The notes: generated by a model not told the origin, from the sequence alone. A DNA stretch of 42,544 bases from Actinomycetota bacterium (GCA_046086225.1 JBJSXF010000064.1:1-42544), one strand, 5' to 3'; positions 32,023 through 41,678 are shown, numbered from the stretch's first letter. A program made the numbers and translations.

Positions 32023-34545
32023 TCAGGCGCCGAGGAGGTGAGCGGCGAATCGCTCGCGCTCGCGGCCGACGGCAGCCCGGTGGACGGCCAGGCGCTCAAC
32101 GATCTGGTCGATCGTGCGGGCCGCTTCGGGGATCGGGTGCCCGGCGAGGAACCCGGCGATCTCGGCGGCGACGGCATCGTCCTCGACGATCCAGGTGACC
32201 CCGTCGAGCATGCGGGCGACGAGCGCCCCGCCCATCCGGTCGTGCAGGTCGGCCCAGCGGTCGCGGACGAACGCCCAGGCCACGGTTGCGTGGTCCCGAT
32301 TGCGCAGGGCGCGTTGCCCGAGGAACGGCGCGTTCTGGGGCCGGGCCAGGTCGGAGAGGGCGAGCGCACAGGCCCGCTCCACGAGCGCGGCGTCGGGGAA
32401 GTCGCCGAGCGCGTAGAGGTACCGCAGCTGCTCCTGCGGGTTGGTCGGGTCGCCGGCCCGGGCGACGAACGTGTCGAACTCGGCCGGACCTCCGGTGTGG
32501 GCCACGATCCCGACCGCGGCAGCGGCCACGTCGGCATCGCCGGGCGTTCCCGCCGCGACGAGCTCGTGGGCCCGGGCGACCACGGTGGGTTCCTGCGCGA
32601 ACGCGCCGAGCAGGGAGATGACGAGGCCGCGCAACTGCCGGGTGCGGTCGTCGTCGTCGGCGGCGGGCACGAAACCGAGGCGGGCGAGCGCGGGCCCGGC
32701 GATGGTGGCGACGCGCGCCCGGTAGGCGTCGAGCGCGGCGCCGGTCACGAGCCGTCCGGCGCCGCGGAGGTGGGCGACGAGCCCGCGCCACACGACGAGC
32801 TCGCGTTCGTCGGTGAGGCGCTCGGCGCAGGCGAGGAGATCGGCCGCGGTCGAGGTGCCGGCGAGTACCTCGGCCCAGCAGTCGTCGATGAGCTTGTAGC
32901 GCTCGAGCGGGGCGAGCACCCCGGCGTCGAGCAGTCGGGTGCGCTCGGTGACGGTGGCGCCGACCCGGAAGAAGCCCTCGCCGCCGTCGTCGAGCACGAC
33001 GAGCGCGTCGGCGGGCACGGCGAACGGCGCGGGCTCGGCACCGAGGAGCACCCGGCGGGTTTCGGTCGTGCCGTCGTGGTGGACGCGCGCGACGACCGGC
33101 ACCGCGTAGGTGACGGGCTCGGTGTCGGGCGAGTAGGTGAAGCGGGCCTGGCGGAGCGTGTCGCCCGCGCGGCGCACGACGGGGAAGCCGGGCTGGTCGA
33201 TCCACGAGCCCATGATCCGGCGCACCGGCTCGCCGGTCTCGGCCTCGATCGCGTCCCAGAGGTCGGTGGTCTCGGTGTTGCCGAGCCGGTGCCGGTCGAG
33301 GTACGTGCGCACCCCGTCGCGGAACCGCTCGGGGCCGAGCCACCGTTCGAGCATGCGGAGGACCGAGCCGCCCTTCTGATAGGTGAGCACGTCGAACATG
33401 CCGTCGGCGTCGGCCGGGGTGTGCACCTCGTACTCGACCGTGCGGGTGCTGGCGAGCGCGTCCACATCGAAGGCCGCGGCCCGGCCGGTGGCGAAGTCGT
33501 CCCACGGTCGCCAGTCGGGTCGGTAGGCATCCACCCCGACGTGCTCCATGAAGGTGGCGAACGCCTCGTTGAGCCAGATGCCGTTCCACCACTTCATCGT
33601 CACCAGGTCGCCGAACCACATGTGGGCGATCTCGTGGACGATCGTGAGCGCAGCGGCCGCCATCTCGTCGAGGGTGGCCTGCTCCGGATCGACGAGGAGA
33701 CGGGTCTCCCGGAACGTGACGCACCCGAGGTTCTCCATCGCGCCGAACGAGAAGTCGGGGAGGGCGACGAGGTCGCACTTCGGGCCCGGGTGGGGGATGC
33801 CGTAGTAGTCGGCGAAGAACGGGATCGTGAACGCGGCGAGGTCGAGGGCGAACGCGGTGAGGTGGCCCTTGCCCGGCACGTGGGCGACCCGCACGGCGAC
33901 CCCGCCTGCATCGACGGGGTCGGTGATCTCCAGCGGGCCCACCACCCAGGCGACGAGGTAGGTGGACATCGGGATCGTGTCGGCGAAGCGCACCCGCACC
34001 CGGCCGTCACCGAGGGCCTCGCGGTCGGTCTCGGGACCGTTGGCCAGCGCGAGCAGGCCCTCGGCCACCTCGAGGGTGACCGCGAAGACGGCCTTGAACT
34101 CGGGTTCGTCGAAGCAGGGGAACGCGGCCCGGGCGTGGGGTGCCTCGAACTGGGTGGCGCCGAGCACCTGCGGGGTGCCGTCGGGACCGGTGAACGTGCT
34201 GCGGTAGAAGCCGAGCATGCCGGGGCTGATCGCACCGGCGAAGGCGAGCTCGACCACGAGCGGGCCGGGCCCGGCTGCGGCTCCGAGTGCGATGACGAGC
34301 CGTTCGGTCGCCGGGTCGGCGGTGAGGGTCGCGGCAACCGTCGCCCCGCCGACCTCCACCCCGGTGAGGGTGACGTCGATCTCGCGGGCGTGGAGCACGA
34401 TCTCGGTGACGGGGGCGACCGCCGCGCACGCGATCCGCACCGAGCCGGTGAACGTCGCGGTGTCGAGGTCGGGTCGGATGACGAGGTCGTACCGGGACGG
34501 CCGGACCGCGTCGGGCAGGCGATCGGTCGAGCGCACGGCGGTCAT
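32023..34545 (-). CDS. pepN: aminopeptidase N (M1 family)
   Basis: 840 aa with GAMEN and HEIAHMWFGDLVTMKWWNGIWLNEAF (HExxH-x18-E). The ATG overlaps the upstream gene's stop as ATGA. Confidence 0.95.
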   Translation of the reverse strand: MTAVRSTDRLPDAVRPSRYDLVIRPDLDTATFTGSVRIACAAVAPVTEIVLHAREIDVTLTGVEVGGATVAATLTADPATERLVIALGAAAGPGPLVVELAFAGAISPGMLGFYRSTFTGPDGTPQVLGATQFEAPHARAAFPCFDEPEFKAVFAVTLEVAEGLLALANGPETDREALGDGRVRVRFADTIPMSTYLVAWVVGPLEITDPVDAGGVAVRVAHVPGKGHLTAFALDLAAFTIPFFADYYGIPHPGPKCDLVALPDFSFGAMENLGCVTFRETRLLVDPEQATLDEMAAAALTIVHEIAHMWFGDLVTMKWWNGIWLNEAFATFMEHVGVDAYRPDWRPWDDFATGRAAAFDVDALASTRTVEYEVHTPADADGMFDVLTYQKGGSVLRMLERWLGPERFRDGVRTYLDRHRLGNTETTDLWDAIEAETGEPVRRIMGSWIDQPGFPVVRRAGDTLRQARFTYSPDTEPVTYAVPVVARVHHDGTTETRRVLLGAEPAPFAVPADALVVLDDGGEGFFRVGATVTERTRLLDAGVLAPLERYKLIDDCWAEVLAGTSTAADLLACAERLTDERELVVWRGLVAHLRGAGRLVTGAALDAYRARVATIAGPALARLGFVPAADDDDRTRQLRGLVISLLGAFAQEPTVVARAHELVAAGTPGDADVAAAAVGIVAHTGGPAEFDTFVARAGDPTNPQEQLRYLYALGDFPDAALVERACALALSDLARPQNAPFLGQRALRNRDHATVAWAFVRDRWADLHDRMGGALVARMLDGVTWIVEDDAVAAEIAGFLAGHPIPEAARTIDQIVERLAVHRAAVGRERERFAAHLLGA

Positions 34546-34949
34546 CGCGGGTCAGCGTAGGGGTCGAGCCGGGCGAGGATCGCGTCCGCCCAGGCCACGT
34601 CGGGCCGGGCCCGGCGGCGTGACGCCAACGGCTCGGGCGCCTCGATCTTGAGCCGCACGAGCGCGCCCCCCAGGGTCTTGCCCAGGTTGTCGGTGCGCAG
34701 CGTGCGCGGCCCACCCCCGCCGAGCGCGCCGTGCAGCACGAAGTTGAGCGCGAGCACGTTGGCCGCCTCGTAGCGATCGACCCGGCCCCGCACCATCGCG
34801 CCGAAGTGGGCCTGCACCCGCTCGGCCGTCACCTCACGGCAGATGAGCGCGTAGACCTCGGCGTCATCGGCGAGGAGAGCGATGTTCACGATGTCGCCCT
34901 TGTCGCCCGAGCGGTAGCCGCAGAGCTCGCGGAGCGCGACCGGCGCCAT
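34542..34949 (-). CDS. AtuA C-terminal-domain-like protein (stand-alone)
   Basis: 135 aa. YRSGDKGDIVNIALLADD...NFVLHGALGGGG resembles, from memory, the C-terminal domain of full-length AtuA proteins. The ATG overlaps the stop of the DUF1446 gene (TGATG). Confidence 0.65.
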   Translation of the reverse strand: MAPVALRELCGYRSGDKGDIVNIALLADDAEVYALICREVTAERVQAHFGAMVRGRVDRYEAANVLALNFVLHGALGGGGPRTLRTDNLGKTLGGALVRLKIEAPEPLASRRRARPDVAWADAILARLDPYADPR

Positions 34950-36319
34950 CACGCCACCTCCTCGACCACGACCCGCACCTCGGCGTCCACGAGGGCGGCG
35001 TCCACGAGCGTGGGCCAGATCGAGAGCAGCTCCGACGCGCCGCCGCTGCGCCCGCCGCCGGTGAGGCCCGCGGCCGGGGCCGACAGCGTGAGGGGCACGA
35101 GCTCGCGCCCGACGAGGCCGGCCGTGCGCTGATCGGCGCAGCGCCAGGCGACCCGGAGCACGCACTCGGGCTCCTCGCCGGCCGACGGCGGAACCGTCGG
35201 ACCGCCGAGCGCGCCTGCGCCGAGCAGCTCGACGCACCACTCGTCGACGGCGAGCCCGGCGGCGCGCACCCGCTCGGTGAAGATCGCGGCGGTGGCCTTG
35301 GCCTTGGCGACCGCGTCGGGCCAGCCGAAGGCGACGCGGGTCTCGCCCGACCAGCCCGCGTGCGCAGCGAGGAGCGCCTTGTAGCTCCCGGTCGCGGGCG
35401 CGCCCCGCACGCCGCTCACCCGGACCCGGTCGTCGCCGAGTTCCTCGAAGCGCGCGCTGGTGAAGTCGGCCACGACGTCGGGAGACAGGTAGCGGGCCGG
35501 ATCGTGCACCTCGTAGAGCAGCTGGTGGCGCAGGGTGTCGAAGCTCACCCGACCACCCGAAGCCGCGGGCTTGGTGATCACCGCGGTGCCGTCGACCGAG
35601 ACCTCGGCGATCGGGTACGGGAGGTCCCAGGGGTGGGGGATCGTCCACCACTCACCCGAGTAGTTGCCGCCCACGCTCTGACCCGAGCACTCGAGCAGGT
35701 GCCCGACGAGGATCCCCGATGCGAGACGATCCCAGTCGTTCCAGGCCCAGCCGTGCTCGTGGACGAGCGGGGCGAGGAAGAGCGAGGCGTCCGCGACCCG
35801 GCCGGTGATGACGATGTCGGCCCCGGCCGCGAGGGCCTCGGCGACGGGACGGGCGCCGAGGTAGGCGGCGGCGAATCGTGCGGGCCCGGCGAACTCGGTG
35901 AACGGCGCGCCGGTGTCGTTGTGCGCGAATGCCTGGCCGTGGTCGCGGCGCAGGGTGTCGAGGCGACCGGTGAGGTCGTCGCCCACGACGGTCGCGACCT
36001 TGAGCCCGTGGCCCCCGGCCCGGCGGGCGGTTTCGATCGCGACCCGCGCCGCGGCCCGCGGGTTGATCCCGCCTGCGTTGGTGATCACCTTCGTGCGGCC
36101 GGAGATCACGGCGGGCAGTGCCCGCTCCAGGTACGCGGGCAGGTCGCGGGTGTAGCCGCGCGACTCGTCGCGTTGGCGGTCCTTCTGGAGGATCGCGAGG
36201 GTCAGCTCGGCGAGGGCCTCCAGGCAGAGGTAGTCGATGCCGTCGGCGAGGAGCGCGTCGACGGCGGCCGGGGTGTCGCCGTAGAACCCCTGGCCGCCGG
36301 CGATGCGGACGTCGGCCAC
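34949..36319 (-). CDS. DUF1446/AtuA-family (acyclic terpene utilisation) protein, N-terminal module
   Basis: 456 aa (MADVRIAGGQGFYGDTPAAVDALL..DYLCLEALAELTLAIL..ITGRVADASL) matches the DUF1446 pattern as I recall it. GTG start 7 nt after the amidase stop. Confidence 0.8.
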   Translation of the reverse strand: MADVRIAGGQGFYGDTPAAVDALLADGIDYLCLEALAELTLAILQKDRQRDESRGYTRDLPAYLERALPAVISGRTKVITNAGGINPRAAARVAIETARRAGGHGLKVATVVGDDLTGRLDTLRRDHGQAFAHNDTGAPFTEFAGPARFAAAYLGARPVAEALAAGADIVITGRVADASLFLAPLVHEHGWAWNDWDRLASGILVGHLLECSGQSVGGNYSGEWWTIPHPWDLPYPIAEVSVDGTAVITKPAASGGRVSFDTLRHQLLYEVHDPARYLSPDVVADFTSARFEELGDDRVRVSGVRGAPATGSYKALLAAHAGWSGETRVAFGWPDAVAKAKATAAIFTERVRAAGLAVDEWCVELLGAGALGGPTVPPSAGEEPECVLRVAWRCADQRTAGLVGRELVPLTLSAPAAGLTGGGRSGGASELLSIWPTLVDAALVDAEVRVVVEEVA

Positions 36320-36326
36320 GGGCGGA

Positions 36327-37766
36327 TCAGGCGTGGACGGCCGGGCGCCGGTCGGCCCACGGCTGCGCGGCCTCGAGCTGGGCCGCCACCCGCAGGCAGA
36401 GGTCTTCCCGGTAGGGGGCGGCGACGAGCTGCACGCCCACCGGCAGTCCGGCCGCGCTCGTGTGGAGCGGCACCGACATCGCGGGTTGGCCGCTCACGTT
36501 GAACGGCGCGGTGAAGATCGCGAACGGAAGCGAGCGGGCCGAGGAGTTGATGCCGCCGTCGGACTGGTTGCCGACGTCGCCGATCCGCGGCGGCGGCTCG
36601 GCGCAGGTGGGGGTGAGGAGGAGGTCGAAGCCGTCTTCGTTCCACCATTCGACGAGGGTGCGGATGCTGCGCTGCATGTCGGCGACCGTGGCCACGTACC
36701 CGGCCGCGTCGATCCCGGCGCCCTGCTCGTGCAGCATCCAGGTCATCGGTTCGACGTCGTCGGCGGTAACCGGCCGTCCGAGCTGCGCGGCGAGGGCGGC
36801 GACCTCGGCCCGCACCGCCGTCTGCATCACGGCCCCGAAGGCGGCGACGAGGCCGATGTCGTCGATGCCGGCCGGGGCCGCCTCCTCGACCGAGTGGCCG
36901 AGCGACTCGAGCAGCCGGGCTGCGCCCTCCACGGCGGCGACGCACTCGGTATCGACGGTGGCCGCACCGAACGGGGCCGCGGTGCGCACGCCGATGCGCA
37001 GCCGACCGGGGTCGGCCCCGACCTCGTCGGCGTAGGGGCGCACGGCCGGCGGCGCGGTGTACCAGTCGCCGGTCTCGTAGCCGGCGAGCACGTCGAGGAT
37101 CGCCGCGCTGTCGCGCACGGTGCGGGTGACGACGTGGCGGGCGACGAGGCCCGCCCACGCTTCGGACTCCCTCGGGCCGAGCGAGATGCGGCCGCGCGAC
37201 GGCTTGAGCCCGAACAGGCCGCACATGCTCGCCGGGATCCGGATCGAGCCGCCGCCGTCGCCGGCGTGGCCGACCGGCACCATGCCGCTCGCGACCGCCG
37301 CCGCGCTGCCTCCGCTCGAGCCCCCGGGCGAGTGCTCGGGGTTCCAGGGGTTGCGGCTCGGGCCGTAGGCGAGCGGCTCGGTGGTGGGCATGAGCCCGAA
37401 CTCGGGCGTGTTCGTCTTGCCCACGACCACGAACCCGGCGGCCTCCAGCCGGCGGAAGAGGTGGGAGGTGACGGTGGCGACGTTGCCGACGGCCTTGAGG
37501 GCGCGGTTGCCCGAGTGCATGGGCGCGTCGGCGAGGGTGCCGTCGAGGTCCTTGAGCACGATGGGCACGCCGGTGAACGGTCCGGCGGGCACGGCCGCAG
37601 CGGCCGCCCGGGCCCGGTCGTAGAGCGGGTGGATGACGGCGTTGAGGTCGCCGTTCACGGCCTCGATCCGGGCGATGGCGGCATCGACGAGCTCGAGCGG
37701 CGAGGCCTCGCCCCGGCGCACGAGGTCGGCCTGGGCGGTGGCGTCGAGGGCGGCGAGATCGGTCAC
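36327..37766 (-). CDS. amidase (amidase-signature family)
   Basis: 479 aa with [35 protein letters not shown] start at 37766. Confidence 0.92.
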   Translation of the reverse strand: MTDLAALDATAQADLVRRGEASPLELVDAAIARIEAVNGDLNAVIHPLYDRARAAAAAVPAGPFTGVPIVLKDLDGTLADAPMHSGNRALKAVGNVATVTSHLFRRLEAAGFVVVGKTNTPEFGLMPTTEPLAYGPSRNPWNPEHSPGGSSGGSAAAVASGMVPVGHAGDGGGSIRIPASMCGLFGLKPSRGRISLGPRESEAWAGLVARHVVTRTVRDSAAILDVLAGYETGDWYTAPPAVRPYADEVGADPGRLRIGVRTAAPFGAATVDTECVAAVEGAARLLESLGHSVEEAAPAGIDDIGLVAAFGAVMQTAVRAEVAALAAQLGRPVTADDVEPMTWMLHEQGAGIDAAGYVATVADMQRSIRTLVEWWNEDGFDLLLTPTCAEPPPRIGDVGNQSDGGINSSARSLPFAIFTAPFNVSGQPAMSVPLHTSAAGLPVGVQLVAAPYREDLCLRVAAQLEAAQPWADRRPAVHA

Positions 37767-37775
37767 GGGCGCAAC

Positions 37776-38802
37776 CTACCGCCGGGTGCCGGGTGGGTCC
37801 CACCCCCCGCAGATCGATCGGCCAGGTGTCGATGACCGCAGCTTCGCGGTGGACGGCCTCGGCCACGTGGAGGTGCTCGTGCAGGGCGATGGTCGGGTCG
37901 ACGTGCGCGGGGCGGACCACGACCCGGTCGCCGACCGCGAGCGGCCCCCGGGCCGCGAAGGTGAGGTGCTCGTCGGAGCAGAACCACACGTCGCCGTCGT
38001 CCACGGTGGGATCGCCGTGGTCCATGCCCAGGGCCTTCAGCCCGCAGTCGGCGACTGCGTGCCGGGAGCCGACGTGCAGCACGGTCGCGATGATGCCGAC
38101 CGCGACCGTGAAGGGCAGACCGAACGCGTCGTACGCAGTGTCCATGAGCGCGTACGAGCCGGCCTGGATCTCGGTCGCGGCAGTGTGGAGGTCGTAGGTG
38201 GTGGTGCCGCCGGACGAGATCACGTCACCGCCGACGTCGGCGTGCGCGGCGAGCAGGATCTCGGTTGCGGCGGCGACGCCGGCGGCGCGCTCGGCCCGGT
38301 CGGGGCGGCCGACCACGTGGCCCTCGTAGCCCATGATCCCGCGTACGGTGAGCCCGGCCGCCCGGGCCCGCTCGGCGATGCGGCCCGCCTCGGCCGGATC
38401 GCATCCGCACCGGGGCATCCCGACCGCCACGTCGACGAGCACCTCGCGGATCCCGGCCGCGGCCGCCGCCGCGACCGTGGCGTCGGAGTCGACCGCGACG
38501 GTGACGCGCGCCCCGCACTCGGCGAGGGCGCGCAGACGTACCGGATCGAGCACCTGGTTGGCGACGAGGAGATCGGCACCGAGGCCGACGGCGGCGAGGC
38601 CGAGTGCCTCCCGGGGCGTCGCGACGGTGAGGCCGGCGTGGCCCCGGGCGACCTGCTCGCGTGCCACTTCCGTGCACTTGTGCGCCTTCACGTGCGGGCG
38701 CAGGCGACCTCCGGGGAGCGCGTCGCGCATGACGTCGAGGTTGGCGGCGAGCACACCCGCATCGACGACGAGGGCCGGGGTGGGGAGATCACCGACGCGC
38801 AC
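37776..38802 (-). CDS. PLP enzyme of the D-serine dehydratase-like/D-threonine aldolase (alanine racemase N-terminal domain) family; 3' end undefined (no in-frame stop, possible frameshift)
   Basis: The protein starts at GTG 38802 (MRVGDLPTPALVVDAGVLAANLDVM..RPHVKAHKC.., PLP lysine context). The homologous part ends about ..VIDTWPIDLRG (about 37804). The same frame then stays open to 36202 across the amidase gene. Confidence 0.65.
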
Positions 38803-38884
38803 GATCCGAGGATGGCACAGGGGCCTCGGTGACGGGAGACCGCCCGGGCGCCACGATCGATTCGGGAGGGAGCCCGGCGATCGG

Positions 38885-39652
38885 TCAGCTGCTGCGCCAG
38901 ACCGGCGCGCGCTTCTCGGCGAAGGCGGTCGCGCCCTCGATCGCGTCGCCGCTCGAGAACACCTCGACCGCGAGCTCGGCGTTGCGCTTCCAGGCCTGCT
39001 CCTCGGTGAGGTCGCCGACCTCGCGCACGAGCCGGCGCGACATCCGCACTGCGATCGGGGAGTTCTCGCCGATGCGCTCGGCGAGCGCGATCGCGGTGTC
39101 GAGTACCTCGCCGGCGGGCACGACCCGGTTCACGAGGCCGAGGGCGAGCGCCCGATCGGCGTCGATCGGGTCACCGGTCATGGTCATCTCGAGCGCGACC
39201 GCGAGCGGCACCCGCGTGGGGAGGCGGATGAGCCCACCCGCGGCGGCGATGAGACCGCGCTTCACCTCGGGGATGCCGAAGCGGGCGGTGTCGGCCGCGA
39301 CCACGAGGTCGCAGCTGAGGACGATCTCGAAACCGCCGGCGAGGGCCGGGCCGTTGACGGCGGCGACGATCGGCTTCGGGAAGTCACGGGTGACGATTCC
39401 GGCGAAGCCGCCCTTGCCGCTCGCGATGTCGTTGGCGCGCCCGCTCGCGATGACCTTGAGGTCGGCGCCGGCGCAGAAGACGTCACCCCGGCCGGTGAGC
39501 ACGACGGCCCGGAGTTCGGGATCGGCCTCCACGGTGTCGAGGATCGCAGCCATCTCCTGGCTGACCTCGGGACTCACCGCGTTGCGGGCGTCGGGGCGGT
39601 CGAGGGTGACGATGGCCAGGTTGCCCCGGCGCTCGAAGGTGACGACGGTCAT
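38885..39652 (-). CDS. enoyl-CoA hydratase/isomerase (crotonase)
   Basis: 255 aa from ATG 39652 (MTVVTFERRGNLAIVTLDRPDARNA, FCAGADLK, GPALAGGFEI). An ATGA overlap joins it to the upstream MFS gene. Confidence 0.9.
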   Translation of the reverse strand: MTVVTFERRGNLAIVTLDRPDARNAVSPEVSQEMAAILDTVEADPELRAVVLTGRGDVFCAGADLKVIASGRANDIASGKGGFAGIVTRDFPKPIVAAVNGPALAGGFEIVLSCDLVVAADTARFGIPEVKRGLIAAAGGLIRLPTRVPLAVALEMTMTGDPIDADRALALGLVNRVVPAGEVLDTAIALAERIGENSPIAVRMSRRLVREVGDLTEEQAWKRNAELAVEVFSSGDAIEGATAFAEKRAPVWRSS

Positions 39653-40917
39653 GGCGCGGAGGGTAGCGCGGGGGGCACGTCGAGCGTTCCGCCCAACTGC
39701 GGCCGCACGACGCGGGCGATGAGCAGCGTGGCGCCGAGGACGGCGGCGGCGGCGACCGTCGTGCGGGGCAGGCCGTACTCGTCGGCGATCTGGCCCTGGA
39801 TGATCGCTCCGACCGGGTAGAAGCTGCCGAGCACCATCGTGTGCACGGCGAGGACCCGGCCCCGGAGCGCGGTCGGGGCCCGGAGCTGCGCGATCGTCGT
39901 CGTCGTGGCCAGGGCGCCGAGATAGCAGGCGCCGACGATCACGATCGCCACTGCCGCGGTCCACAACGTGGCCGCGAGCGCGTAGGACGCGAGGGCCACG
40001 GGGAGCAGGCTCATGGCGGTGACGAGCACCCGGCGCACGCCCCAGCGGGCGGTGAGCGGACCGAGTGCGAACGCCATGGCCACCGCGCCGACGCCCTGGG
40101 CGCCGACGAGCAGGGCAGTGCCGTTCGGCGCCGCGAGCACGTCCTCGGCCATCGTCGGGATGAGTGCGATGAAGGGTGCGGCGAGGAAGCTGCTCAGGGC
40201 GAGCGTGGCGAAGGTGACCCGCAGCCCGGGATCAGCGCGCACGAAGCGGAAGCCACCGCTGATCGTGCGGAGGAAGCCGGGCCGGTCGGCGTGAGCGACC
40301 GGGCGGGGGAGGTGGAGGGTGCCGACCACGGCGATGACGCCGATGAAGCTCGCCGCGTTCACGACCTCGGCCGCGAAGAAGCGGTCGTCGGCGATCACGA
40401 CTCCGGCCAGCACCGGGCCGATGATCCGTCCGAGGTTGTACTGCGCCGAGGACAGGGCGATCGCCCCGGGGAGGGTCTCGGGCGGGACGAGGTCGGGGAG
40501 CATCGCCTGGTAGGCCGGGAAGCCGAGCGCGCCGCACACTCCCGACCCGAAGGCCACGAGCAGCACGAGTCGCTGGGACGGTGCTCCGTTGGCGAACTGG
40601 ACCGCGAGTGACGCGGCGAGCGCGGCCTGGACGAGGCTCGTGCCGACGATGATCAGCTTCCGGGAGATGTGATCGGCGAGCGCGCCGCCGAGCGGGCTGA
40701 AGACGGCGATCGGAACGAAGGCGGCGGCGGCGACCGCGGCGGTGGAGGTAGCCGAGCCGGTCGAGCGTTGGGTGTAGATCCCGAGCGCGAGCGCCTCCAT
40801 CCACGTGCCGATGTTGGAGGTGATGGCGGCGACCCAGAGTCGCGCGAATGCGGGGTTACGGAGGGGGGCGAGGGCCGAGGTGCGCGACGGCCCGGCGCCC
40901 CCTACCGGGTCGTCCAC
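39649..40917 (-). CDS. MFS transporter
   Basis: 422 aa from GTG 40917 with about 12 hydrophobic segments. The N-terminus LRNPAFARLWVAAITSNIGTWM is typical of the MFS_3/EntS-like group. It overlaps the upstream crotonase gene by 16 nt. Confidence 0.85.
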   Translation of the reverse strand: MDDPVGGAGPSRTSALAPLRNPAFARLWVAAITSNIGTWMEALALGIYTQRSTGSATSTAAVAAAAFVPIAVFSPLGGALADHISRKLIIVGTSLVQAALAASLAVQFANGAPSQRLVLLVAFGSGVCGALGFPAYQAMLPDLVPPETLPGAIALSSAQYNLGRIIGPVLAGVVIADDRFFAAEVVNAASFIGVIAVVGTLHLPRPVAHADRPGFLRTISGGFRFVRADPGLRVTFATLALSSFLAAPFIALIPTMAEDVLAAPNGTALLVGAQGVGAVAMAFALGPLTARWGVRRVLVTAMSLLPVALASYALAATLWTAAVAIVIVGACYLGALATTTTIAQLRAPTALRGRVLAVHTMVLGSFYPVGAIIQGQIADEYGLPRTTVAAAAVLGATLLIARVVRPQLGGTLDVPPALPSAP

Positions 40918-41678
40918 TGCGGGGCGCGCTTGGCGAGGAACGCGCGCATGCCCTCGAGCGCGTCGGGATCGGCGGCGTTCTCGACCATCACCGGGCACGC
41001 GAGCGCGTACGCGGCCGCCTCGGTGAGGCCGGTCTGGGCCCAGAAGGCGCGCTTCCCGAGCGCGAGGACGTGCGCGCTGGAACGGATGAGGCGCGCCGCG
41101 AGATCGGCGACCGCGGCATCGAGCTCGGCTCCGGGCACGACCCGGTTGACGAGGCCCCACGTCTCGGCCGTGGCGGCGTCGATCATGTCGCCGGTGAGGA
41201 GGAGCTCGAGCGCCCGCTTCGTGCCGACGGCTCGCTGCACCGGCACCATCGGGGTGGAGCAGAAGAGCCCGATGTTCACGCCGGGCGTGGCGAAGCGGGA
41301 GGTGGCGGACGCAACGGCGAGGTCGCAGGCGGCGACGAGCTGACAGCCGGCGGCGGTGGCGACCCCGTCGACCTTGGCGATGACCGGCTGGGGCATCTCG
41401 TGCAGGGACGTCATGACCAGGATGCAGGTGCCGAACAGGTCGGCGAGGAACGCTTCGTCGCGCCGTTCGGTCATCTCGGTGAGGTCGTGCCCGGCCGAGA
41501 ACGCCGGTCCGTTGGCGGCGATCACGAGGACGCGGGCCGGTCCGGCGGCGACGGCGGCGAGGGCCGTCTCGATCTCGCGCAGGCACGCGAGCGAGAGGGC
41601 GTTCCGCCGTTCGGGTCGATCGAGGGTCAGGGTGGCGACGTCGCCGTCGGTCGCGAGGGTGAGGGCGGCGAAGTCCAC
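40902..41678 (-). CDS. enoyl-CoA hydratase/isomerase (crotonase)
   Basis: 258 aa from GTG 41678 (VATLTLDRPERRNALS, FSAGHDL, GVATAAGCQLVAACD). Confidence 0.88.
   Translation of the reverse strand: MDFAALTLATDGDVATLTLDRPERRNALSLACLREIETALAAVAAGPARVLVIAANGPAFSAGHDLTEMTERRDEAFLADLFGTCILVMTSLHEMPQPVIAKVDGVATAAGCQLVAACDLAVASATSRFATPGVNIGLFCSTPMVPVQRAVGTKRALELLLTGDMIDAATAETWGLVNRVVPGAELDAAVADLAARLIRSSAHVLALGKRAFWAQTGLTEAAAYALACPVMVENAADPDALEGMRAFLAKRAPQWTTR

Noticed and set aside
31408-34560. 1050-aa plus-strand ORF opposite pepN and the SDR gene
   Set aside because: It is antisense to a pepN gene with intact GAMEN/HExxH motifs, and its composition is low-complexity (G/E/R/V/D-rich). Similar artefacts are 25017-27329 (antisense to ilvB), 1086-3026 (antisense to mutB), 8639-10270 (antisense to ligA) and 20807-22438 (alternate frame of ilvD).
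37633-38832. 399-aa plus-strand ORF opposite the D-Ser-dehydratase-like gene
   Set aside because: It has no recognisable motifs and a Gly/Arg/Val/Asp-rich composition. The minus-strand frame has clear alanine-racemase-N-terminal-domain-type sequence from a GTG start.
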